Shown here one piece after another: positions 1 through 6,723 of a stretch of DNA of 23,009 nucleotides (position 1 is its first letter; each line of letters starts with the position of its first letter). A program made the translations under genes and the position numbers. This DNA comes from a virus: UHGV virus genome UHGV-0387053. One strand, 5' to 3'. The notes under the pieces are model-generated. The model was given only the letters and a program-made list of their open reading frames with translations, was not told the origin of the DNA and did not search any database.

Positions 1-1
1 T

Positions 2-277
2 TGCCAGCACCTTGAGCTGCGTAAACGTGCAGGGGAAATCGCCTGGTATCGATTCGAGGGTATCAAGCTGCGGTTAGCTGACAACACGTTCTATACGCCA
101 GATTTCGCTGTGATGCTCGCCACCGGAGAGATGGAACTGCACGAAGTGAAAGGTTTCTGGACCGACGACGCCAGGGTGAAAACCAAAGTCGCCGCAGATC
201 AGTATCCGTTCCGAATCATCGGGGTAACGGTTAAGCCAAAGAAAGCAGGTGGTGGCTGGAACATCGAAGAGTTCTGA
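2..277 (+). CDS. Phage protein, C-terminal fragment (start lies outside the window); possible PD-(D/E)XK-type nuclease fold
   Basis: Open frame from position 2 to TGA at 275-277 with no internal stop. Translation ends ...FYTPDFAVMLATGEMELHEVKGFWTDDARVKTKVAADQYPFRIIGVTVKPKKAGGGWNIEEF; the PDF ... EVK spacing resembles a PD-(D/E)xK motif. Family assignment is from memory and unverified. Confidence 0.5.
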   Translation, partial: CQHLELRKRAGEIAWYRFEGIKLRLADNTFYTPDFAVMLATGEMELHEVKGFWTDDARVKTKVAADQYPFRIIGVTVKPKKAGGGWNIEEF

Positions 278-338
278 ATCGACGATCTTTTTAGTTATCA
301 ATGTAATCAATAAGTTATGTGGATAAGCGAGGGTAAAG

Positions 339-1085
339 ATGGAAAGTAATATCAAAGGGTTAGTTGCCGCCGGGCATGAGATGGCTTCGGAACTGAAAGC
401 AGAATGTGGTGCCGTTGATATGCGCAGTGTGGCAAAGCTGATCAGCGATTTGGCAACGCAACTGGAAGTGCAACTGGTGCGTGCTAATGCGCTGGCCGAA
501 GACCACCAGAGAGCGATTGAGTCAATTAAGCAGGCTGATTCGGCTGTTAAGTTGGCACACGAGAAGTTTTCGGCGCTGGCGGCGGAGAATGCGGGGCTTA
601 AGGCCTTCAAAACCGCCGTTTATCAGCAGATGGGCGTCGGATGTGATGCTCCTGAATTCTCCATTACGACAGGTTTGAGTAACTTACGTCGTTTTGCTGA
701 CACACTCCACGCCATTGAACGTGAGTTCTTTACCAAAGAGCTACCTGATGAAGAGCACGAAGGCGAAACATTCAATGAATGTCCACTTAGCTGGGGAATG
801 AGCGTCGAACAGTACGTTTCCGAGTTTCGCAAATGCCTTGCTGAAATTCGTTCGGAAGCACGCAACGAGGGGATTAACTATACCGCCAGCCGTCTTGCTG
901 CTGCTTTCAACCACGGATTTATCAATAAGTCTTTACGTGAAGTTTTCGACGTTACGCGCATGATTCTGTCAGCGAAAGAAGAGTTGGCTAATGAACCGCA
1001 CCCGATTGATGGCCTGTCCGGTGAATATGCGGAGAAATCCCTTGAAGAATGGGCGGAACAGATTCGCAAAGGAGCTGACAAGTGA
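339..1085 (+). CDS. Hypothetical phage protein, helical/coiled-coil-rich N-terminal half
   Basis: 248-aa ORF; GAGGGT 4 nt upstream of ATG 339; stop TGA 1083-1085 overlaps the next start. No motif recognised with confidence. Confidence 0.65.
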   Translation: MESNIKGLVAAGHEMASELKAECGAVDMRSVAKLISDLATQLEVQLVRANALAEDHQRAIESIKQADSAVKLAHEKFSALAAENAGLKAFKTAVYQQMGVGCDAPEFSITTGLSNLRRFADTLHAIEREFFTKELPDEEHEGETFNECPLSWGMSVEQYVSEFRKCLAEIRSEARNEGINYTASRLAAAFNHGFINKSLREVFDVTRMILSAKEELANEPHPIDGLSGEYAEKSLEEWAEQIRKGADK

Positions 1086-1492
1086 AGAAGATGATTTTTG
1101 TGGCGGCATTGCTGACCATTACCCAACAGGCGCAGGCTTCAGCAGTTATTGTGGCATCTACCGCCGCGACCACGGCTGCTGTAGCTGCTGCGAACTCTGC
1201 GAATATCGCAAACCAACAGTCACAGCGTGCTGCCAATGCATCAGCCAGCGTTCACCCAATCGCCATTAAGACCGGCAAGAAAAATATAGGTTTCATAACA
1301 TGCGGCAAACGTTCTGACGAGGCTGTAGGTTCACTTGGATGTACGGTATATGGGGGTAGTGAGAATAGAGAAATTCCATGGAAAACGTGGCCCGGATATG
1401 TTCTCGGCTCGAAGCTCCCTGCCAGCTATGAAGTAAACGCCGTATCGTTTGATCACTATAACGGCGTGGCAACGGTCTATTTTGCATATTGA
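1082..1492 (+). CDS. Putative secreted protein with signal peptide
   Basis: GTG start at 1082 with AAGGAG 7 nt upstream; overlaps the previous stop. N-terminus MKKMIFVAALLTITQQAQA looks like a Sec signal peptide, followed by an Ala/Thr-rich segment. Confidence 0.6.
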   Translation: MKKMIFVAALLTITQQAQASAVIVASTAATTAAVAAANSANIANQQSQRAANASASVHPIAIKTGKKNIGFITCGKRSDEAVGSLGCTVYGGSENREIPWKTWPGYVLGSKLPASYEVNAVSFDHYNGVATVYFAY

Positions 1493-1500
1493 GGCTCCGC

Positions 1501-2136
1501 ATGAAATTCTCCAAATTTTCTGAGTTGGTGAATCGTATTTTGTCCAACAACCACAGCCATCGTCGCGATATGGATGTAACGATCGTTGTTCATTCGCCTG
1601 GCAGCATTGGTTCAACACCCTCAGTTGAGGTTCAGTCAATTCACGCTGGTTTTGATTGGGATTCCGGGAAAGTGCTGATTTTCCCAGCACAGCCACTGAC
1701 CACGCTAACACCAGAACAGATTACTGATATCACGGATAGTGTGCGCAAAGGTCAGTCTTGGCACGCATATCAGGAATACAAGAAGCATAAAGAGCAGTTG
1801 GAAAAATTATCGATTGAACTTGATGCCGCAAAACAGCGCATAGCAGAACTGAAAGCCGAACCTGTAAGCCAAACTTACAAGTTGAACCAGATATCGGGCA
1901 ACTCTCCGGTAACTACGGATGGTTGGATAAGCTGTAGTGAGCGAATGCCGGATACCAAAACAGCCGTTCTTGTTGCCAGGGAGTTTGACAGGAAAGGTGA
2001 CTGGCGAATGAAATGGGCGACTTACATCCCGGGGCATCCTGACGCTAATGATGGGTGGGTAGTACCTGGTGCGTCGTGGATACCATCACACTGGATGCCG
2101 CTACCAGAACCGCCGCAGGAGGTTAACCGTGGCTAA
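1501..2136 (+). CDS. DUF551-like phage protein
   Basis: ATG 1501 with GAGG 6 nt upstream (the ORF track's TTG 1489 start is rejected). C-terminal Trp/Pro-rich segment DGWISCSERMPD...WIPSHWMPLPEPP matches my memory of DUF551. Confidence 0.65.
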   Translation: MKFSKFSELVNRILSNNHSHRRDMDVTIVVHSPGSIGSTPSVEVQSIHAGFDWDSGKVLIFPAQPLTTLTPEQITDITDSVRKGQSWHAYQEYKKHKEQLEKLSIELDAAKQRIAELKAEPVSQTYKLNQISGNSPVTTDGWISCSERMPDTKTAVLVAREFDRKGDWRMKWATYIPGHPDANDGWVVPGASWIPSHWMPLPEPPQEVNRG

Positions 2137-2410
2137 CCTGCAACTAGCCGTCAAAGGTGAATACTTCGATGCCATGATTCGAGGAGAGAAAACGGAAGAG
2201 TATCGCCTGTGTAATGACTATTGGAATAAGCGAATTATGTTCCGGGAGTATGACCGCCTGATTATCACAAAGGGATATCCGAAGCGCGACGACTCCAGCC
2301 GCAAAATAGACGTCCAGTATGGCGGATATGAAATCAAGACAATCACACATCCTCACTTCGGCGATAAACCGGTAAAGGTGTTCGCGTTAAAGGTGAATAT
2401 TGATGGCTAA
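2129..2410 (+). CDS. ASCH-like (PUA-fold) small protein
   Basis: GTG 2129 preceded by AGGAGG at 2117-2122. N-terminus LQLAVKGEYFDAMIRGEKTEEYRL fits the ASCH pattern (hydrophobic strand, YFD, G-x-KT-x-E-x-R). Confidence 0.55.
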   Translation: MANLQLAVKGEYFDAMIRGEKTEEYRLCNDYWNKRIMFREYDRLIITKGYPKRDDSSRKIDVQYGGYEIKTITHPHFGDKPVKVFALKVNIDG

Positions 2411-2741
2411 ATCAGCAGCAGAGCGCAAAGCCGCTCAGAGAGCCAGACAAGCTGAATCCGGTGTGCGTAAGCTGGAAATTGTGCTTGATGCTCAGGAAAT
2501 TGAAATGCTGGAGCGTAACTGTGCCACGCGTCGCCCCGGGCGTGTGCCTTACGAATTTGGTGAGTATATTGCGTTACTTATCCGCCAGGATGATGCTCGC
2601 GTGCACGGGCGTATAAAATCGATCAGCAGAAAACGTTGCGGTAAGTGCGGCGAGATAGTTCCTGTGAATTCATGCCCGTGTAATGGTGACTCGCAATGCT
2701 GGGTGACCAAAGGCTGGCATGAAACGAAATTAATAGTGTGA
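2403..2741 (+). CDS. Small putative DNA-binding protein: RHH-like N-terminal region plus C-terminal Cys-rich zinc-ribbon-like motif
   Basis: ATG 2403 overlaps the previous stop by 8 nt. Residues KLEIVLDAQEIEMLER...YEFGEYIALLIRQ fit a strand-helix-helix pattern; C-terminus has CGKCGEIVPVNSCPCNGDSQC. Stop TGA 2739-2741 lies inside the palindrome GTGACATGTCAC. Confidence 0.55.
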   Translation: MAKSAAERKAAQRARQAESGVRKLEIVLDAQEIEMLERNCATRRPGRVPYEFGEYIALLIRQDDARVHGRIKSISRKRCGKCGEIVPVNSCPCNGDSQCWVTKGWHETKLIV

Positions 2742-2749
2742 CATGTCAC
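2738..2749. promoter_or_regulatory. 12-bp perfect palindrome GTGACATGTCAC (copy 1), candidate operator or recombination site
   Basis: Read directly from sequence; an identical 12-mer recurs at 22760-22771. Overlaps the stop codon of the 2403-2741 gene and lies about 110 bp upstream of terminase small subunit. Confidence 0.5.
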
Positions 2750-2790
2750 GAGTAGATTATGCATGATGAATTTGATGGGTTTTGAATACT

Positions 2791-2816
2791 GCCGCCAACT
2801 ATGGCGGCTTTATTTT
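2791..2816 (+). terminator. Intrinsic-terminator-like hairpin plus T-tract in the leader upstream of terminase small subunit
   Basis: GCCGCC-aactat-GGCGGC followed by TTTATTTT. Position resembles a lambda tR'-type read-through terminator, but that role is inference. Confidence 0.45.
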
Positions 2817-2822
2817 GCATGG

Positions 2823-2852
2823 TACTATTACCACAACGGTAACTATTACCAC
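2823..2852. repeat. Two direct copies of ACTATTACCAC 18 bp apart, between the hairpin and the terminase small subunit start
   Basis: 11-mer at 2824-2834 and 2842-2852, seen in sequence. Could be terminase or regulator recognition repeats; function unknown. Confidence 0.4.
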
Positions 2853-2859
2853 GGTGGTT

Positions 2860-3456
2860 ATGATGCCTGCTGAACCTAAAACCTATAAACGCAAATCAAC
2901 GCAATTTAAGCCACTAACAGCAATGCAGGAGGCTTATTGCCAGTCATACATCAAAACGCCTGAAAACCAGACTCAGGCAGCGATTAACGCAGGATTCTCC
3001 CCAAATACAGCGGCAGTTAAAGCCAGTGTCATGATGCGCGATGAACGCATTCAAAAACGGATTGCCGAGTTGATGGAGGAGCGCAACAAACGAATGCGCG
3101 TCAGTGCTGATTACGTTCTCATGCGCCTGGTGGAGATCGACCAGATGGACGTGATCGACATCCTCAACGACGATGGGAGCCTTAAACCAATCCGTGAGTG
3201 GCCGAAAATCTGGCGCACTACGCTTAGTGGCTTTGATCTGTCATCGACCATCATGAACATGAACGAGGATTCGATAGAGACAATCCTCAAAAAAATTAAA
3301 TGGCCTGACAAGGTGAAGAACCTTGAGCTGATTGGTAAGCATGTTGATGTCAACGCGTTCAAAGAACGTCTGGATGTTAATGTGAATGTGACAATTGCTG
3401 ATCGCATAGCAGCAGCCAGGAAGCGACTCAAAGAACGTCAGGATGGTAATCAGTGA
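2860..3456 (+). CDS. Terminase small subunit
   Basis: ATG at 2860 or 2863 after GGTGG; the TTG 2782 start runs through the hairpin and is rejected. Segment YCQSYIKTPENQTQAAINAGFSPNTAAVKASVMMRDERIQKRI resembles terminase small-subunit families; sits immediately upstream of, and overlaps, the large subunit. Confidence 0.75.
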   Translation: MMPAEPKTYKRKSTQFKPLTAMQEAYCQSYIKTPENQTQAAINAGFSPNTAAVKASVMMRDERIQKRIAELMEERNKRMRVSADYVLMRLVEIDQMDVIDILNDDGSLKPIREWPKIWRTTLSGFDLSSTIMNMNEDSIETILKKIKWPDKVKNLELIGKHVDVNAFKERLDVNVNVTIADRIAAARKRLKERQDGNQ

Positions 3457-4922
3457 CAGATACAGCGTTATCTCCTGAAGAGCAGTTGATCGAGGATATT
3501 GCAGGGTTCACTCACGATCCGCTTGGCTATGCCCTCTATGCGTTCCCGTGGGGGGAAGAGGGGACTGAACTGGCACATGCCACCGGCCCACGTCAGTGGC
3601 AGGCTGATGCGTTCCGAGAGATACGTGATCACCTGCAGAATCCAGAGACGCGCTATCAGCCGCTTATGCTGGCACGCGCTTCTGGTCACGGTATTGGTAA
3701 ATCCGCATTCATCTCAATGCTGATCAACTGGGGCATGTCCACTTGCGAGGATTGTAAGGTCGTGGTGACCGCCAACACCGACAACCAGCTACGAACGAAG
3801 ACCTGGCCGGAAATTATCAAGTGGTCGAACCTTGCTATCACGAAAGACTGGTTTACCTGTACCGCTACCGCGATGTACAGCAATGATCCTGGACACGACA
3901 AGCGGTGGCGAGCTGACGCAATACCCTGGTCTGAGCACAACACTGAGGCATTCGCCGGACTACACAACGAGCGCAAACGCATCATCGTGGTATTCGATGA
4001 AGCGTCGAACATTGCGGATCTGGTGTGGGAAGTTGCCGAGGGTGCGCTAACGGACGAAGACACTGAGATTATCTGGGTGGCGTTCGGAAACCCGACGCGT
4101 AATACCGGACGTTTCCGCGAATGTTTCCGCAAATATAAACACCGCTGGAAAACTGCGCAGATTGACAGCCGGACGGTGGAAGGCACCAACAAACAGCAGT
4201 TGCAGAAATGGGTTGATGACTACGGGGAAGACAGCGACTTCGTTAAAATCCGTGTGCGCGGCATATTCCCTGATGCATCTGAATTGCAGTTTATCCCTAC
4301 CGGTCTTACTGACGAGGCAATGAAACGGGTGGTAACTGCTGCGCAGGTGGCACATGCTCCGGTGATAATCGGCGTTGACCCTGCATACTCCGGTGTTGAT
4401 GACGCGGTGATATACCTGCGGCAGGGGCTGCACAGTAAGGTGCTGTGGACCGGCAACAAGACCACTGACGATCTGATTATGGCAAAGCGTATCGCTGACT
4501 TTGAAGACCAGTATCAGGCTGACGCGGTGTTCATCGACTTCGGTTACGGTACCGGGCTGAAGTCAATCGGTGACGGTTGGGGGCGCACATGGCAACTTGT
4601 TCCGTTCGGTGGCGCGTCTACTGACCCGCAGATGCTCAACAAGCGTGGGGAGATGTTCAACTCATGCAAGACATGGCTGAGGCTGGGCGGCATGCTGGAT
4701 GACCAGGAAACTGCAGACGACCTGTCGGCGGCAGAGTACAAAGTTCGCGTGGACGGTAAAATCGTTATCGAACCGAAGGAAGATATCAAAGAACGACTTG
4801 GGCGTTCACCTGGTAAAGGCGATGCGCTACTGCTGACGTTTGCGTTCCCGGTAGCCAAGAAAACTAATGACCCACGGCAGCAGCAGGGCAGGGCTATAAC
4901 AGACTATGACCCATTTGAATGA
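3453..4922 (+). CDS. Terminase large subunit (ATPase/nuclease)
   Basis: 489 aa; GTG start overlaps the small-subunit stop. Walker A-like GHGIGKS and Walker B-like IIVVFDEAS are visible; size and position are typical. Confidence 0.85.
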   Translation: MTDTALSPEEQLIEDIAGFTHDPLGYALYAFPWGEEGTELAHATGPRQWQADAFREIRDHLQNPETRYQPLMLARASGHGIGKSAFISMLINWGMSTCEDCKVVVTANTDNQLRTKTWPEIIKWSNLAITKDWFTCTATAMYSNDPGHDKRWRADAIPWSEHNTEAFAGLHNERKRIIVVFDEASNIADLVWEVAEGALTDEDTEIIWVAFGNPTRNTGRFRECFRKYKHRWKTAQIDSRTVEGTNKQQLQKWVDDYGEDSDFVKIRVRGIFPDASELQFIPTGLTDEAMKRVVTAAQVAHAPVIIGVDPAYSGVDDAVIYLRQGLHSKVLWTGNKTTDDLIMAKRIADFEDQYQADAVFIDFGYGTGLKSIGDGWGRTWQLVPFGGASTDPQMLNKRGEMFNSCKTWLRLGGMLDDQETADDLSAAEYKVRVDGKIVIEPKEDIKERLGRSPGKGDALLLTFAFPVAKKTNDPRQQQGRAITDYDPFE

Positions 4923-4925
4923 TTT

Positions 4926-5774
4926 TTACTTTTGTGTTTTTGATTTTCTTTGATAGGTGGAATTTAAACCACCATTTATATTTACTAGAGGATTGTTCAA
5001 TAATGTACTGATTTCTGGATTGTTAATTCCAGTAACGCCAAATTTCTTTACGGACTCATTAAGGTCTTGTAATGATTTTAGACCTACAAACCCATTAGCA
5101 ATTGTATTATTTGTTGCCAAAGGAATGTTTTCCTTATAGGACTCATATTCGTTTTTTAAATTTTTGTGAGCTTTTTCTAGATTTTCTAGTTTAGATGTTG
5201 TTTCATCAATAACCTTAGATAATTCTAAAATACGAGCTTGTGCTGCGCGCAGTTCTGTCTCCCTCTCTTTCAATTCAGATGTGAGTTGTCCCATTCTGTC
5301 TTTTGAAAGAATTATTTCCTCTTTCATGTCTTGAATGTTTTTTTCAGCGCCTGTTTTTACTTTTTCGTAAGTAATGTCTTTTTTAGCCAGCAATCTCTGT
5401 AGCCGTGTTTCACGTTGTATTTTTCTTGCCTTCCGGTGGTTTTCGATTGAGTCATTATTATCAAGAGGTTTTGCTTGCCATACGTTAATGATATTGTTTA
5501 CCCATGGTAATAGGCAGCAGATAGTAATTACAGATAAGCATGGATAAAACATAACAGTTTTCCATGTGCTGTTATCTGAGATGTATGAAATTTTATCTAT
5601 TATATTTGATTTGCTAAAAAACAGATAAAGAAGTGATTTCCAGTTGAAGGCGCACCAGGACATAACAAAAGCACCAAGCACAGGGTTTTTGGCTCTATGC
5701 ACGGCAGTATTGGCAGTAGATAAAAACAGCTCTTTGAACGATTCGAACATACTAATTACCTTAAAGTTTTTCAT
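4926..5774 (-). CDS. AT-rich cargo gene: hypothetical membrane protein with two predicted TM helices, a central coiled coil and an Asn-rich C-terminus
   Basis: Minus-strand ATG at 5774 with AAAGG 7 nt upstream; the longer track ORF to 6032 is rejected because it crosses the terminator and tRNA. Hydrophobic segments PVLGAFVMSWCAFNWKSLLYLFF and VMFYPCLSVITICCLLPWV; heptad-like charged region KERETELRAAQARILELSKVIDETTSKLENLEKAH. Hand counts of sample lines give about 30% GC versus about 55% in flanking phage genes. Convergent with terminase, 3 bp from its stop. Confidence 0.7.
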   Translation of the reverse strand: MKNFKVISMFESFKELFLSTANTAVHRAKNPVLGAFVMSWCAFNWKSLLYLFFSKSNIIDKISYISDNSTWKTVMFYPCLSVITICCLLPWVNNIINVWQAKPLDNNDSIENHRKARKIQRETRLQRLLAKKDITYEKVKTGAEKNIQDMKEEIILSKDRMGQLTSELKERETELRAAQARILELSKVIDETTSKLENLEKAHKNLKNEYESYKENIPLATNNTIANGFVGLKSLQDLNESVKKFGVTGINNPEISTLLNNPLVNINGGLNSTYQRKSKTQK

Positions 5775-5809
5775 GATTATACCTTTAAGGTAATTTGTGG
5801 TCATCAGGC

Positions 5810-5835
5810 AAAAAAAATGCCCGGACGAACCGGGC
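5810..5835 (-). terminator. Intrinsic terminator for minus-strand transcription, downstream of the tRNA
   Basis: Plus strand reads AAAAAAAA-tgc-CCGG-acgaa-CCGGGC, so the minus-strand RNA is GCCCGG-uucgu-CCGGGC followed by a run of eight U. Confidence 0.6.
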
Positions 5836-5998
5836 GAACTGGAAGCAATGAGTTCTGCCTTCCGTGGCTGTACGGGTTTACAGCATGAAGTCATCGCAAT
5901 GGCGTCCTGCTGTAAAAAGGGCGGTGATAGTCCTTCAAGGGAAACCATCACCGCCAAGCACCTGGAACTTCTGGCATCACGGTCCTTAGGCGTGATTC

Positions 5999-6075
5999 TG
6001 GCGTGGCATGAAGGATTCGAACCTCCGACCAACCGCTTAGAAGGCGGTTGCTCTGTCCAACTGAGCTAATGCCAC
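5999..6075 (-). tRNA. tRNA-Arg (anticodon UCU)
   Basis: Minus-strand sequence GTGGCATTAGCTCAGTTGGACAGAGCAACCGCCTTCTAAGCGGTTGGTCGGAGGTTCGAATCCTTCATGCCACGCCA folds by hand into a cloverleaf: 7-bp acceptor stem, D arm GCTC/GAGC, anticodon stem ACCGC/GCGGT with loop CTTCTAA (U33, anticodon TCT, A37), T arm GGAGG-TTCGAAT-CCTTC, discriminator G and CCA end. Confidence 0.85.
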
Positions 6076-6502
6076 AACGCTGAGAGCACTTAGCCTGTTA
6101 AGGCGCCACACTTTGTCGCGGCTCCATAAATGCTCTCATCGTTGTACCCTCGTCTCTTCCGAGGCGTCACACCGAATCGCCGGGATGGTGAATCCCCGTG
6201 CGCGGAATAAAACCGCTCGACTTGCACATTCCGGCTACCTGGTTCGTTTGCCCGAGCAAGGGAGGGTGCCCCTTAAACATATCCAGACCGCTATCGGCGC
6301 ATGTGCCATACGCCGTACTGCTCAAAATAAAAGCTCACTCCACCTGTTCAATTTAACGACAAGCCAGTCAGGTTAATAACCGGAATGAACTCTTTGCTTA
6401 CCTTAAAGGTAATAATTCGTGCGTTAAATGTCAACTATCTACGATAAATAAATCATATGTGGTTAAATTGGTAATAATCTAATTGCGTACGGAGTCATTG
6501 AT

Positions 6503-6709
6503 ATGTGCATGGGTAGCTCACCATCAGTGCCTGCAACACCAGAAGTTCAGGCAGCACCACAGGAGCAGGATGCCGCTGTTGTTGATGCCCGCGACGAAGA
6601 AACACGTCGCCGTCGCGCTGCTGCTGGTCGTAGTTCTACGCTGCTTACCGGTTCTCAGGGCGACACATCAACCGCTAATACCAGCGGTAAAACGCTACTT
6701 GGTCAGTAA
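6503..6709 (+). CDS. Small virion protein, T7 gp7.3-like
   Basis: 68 aa, GGAG upstream. PEVQAAPQEQDAAVVDARDEETRRRRAAAGRSS resembles, from memory, T7 gp7.3 (...EVPQAAAQIVDVPEKE...ESGRKKARAGGKK...); it lies directly upstream of the portal gene as in T7. Confidence 0.6.
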   Translation: MCMGSSPSVPATPEVQAAPQEQDAAVVDARDEETRRRRAAAGRSSTLLTGSQGDTSTANTSGKTLLGQ

Positions 6710-6723
6710 CCGGAGTCATTGAA

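Noticed and set aside
74-610. 178-aa minus-strand ORF
   Set aside because: Antisense to the uninterrupted plus-strand nuclease-like frame and to the 5' end of the 339-1085 gene; no recognisable start context; most likely a chance ORF.
2782-2859. TTG-initiated 5' extension of terminase small subunit
   Set aside because: It would place a GC hairpin with T-tract and the direct repeats inside coding sequence; the ATG at 2860/2863 is preceded by GGTGG.
3686-4192. 168-aa minus-strand ORF inside terminase large subunit
   Set aside because: Antisense to the terminase frame carrying Walker motifs; chance ORF.
5775-6032. N-terminal extension of the 4926-6032 minus-strand ORF (368 aa as listed)
   Set aside because: The extension runs through an intrinsic terminator and the tRNA-Arg gene; the internal ATG at 5774 has a good RBS, so the gene is called as 4926-5774.
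6113-6376. 87-aa plus-strand ORF in the tRNA to gp7.3 gap
   Set aside because: No Shine-Dalgarno sequence and a non-protein-like Arg/Ser/His-rich composition in a GC-rich spacer; treated as non-coding.
6076-6420. Possible second tRNA next to tRNA-Arg
   Set aside because: I looked for T-arm (GGTTCGA-type) and acceptor pairing on both strands and could not fold a cloverleaf.
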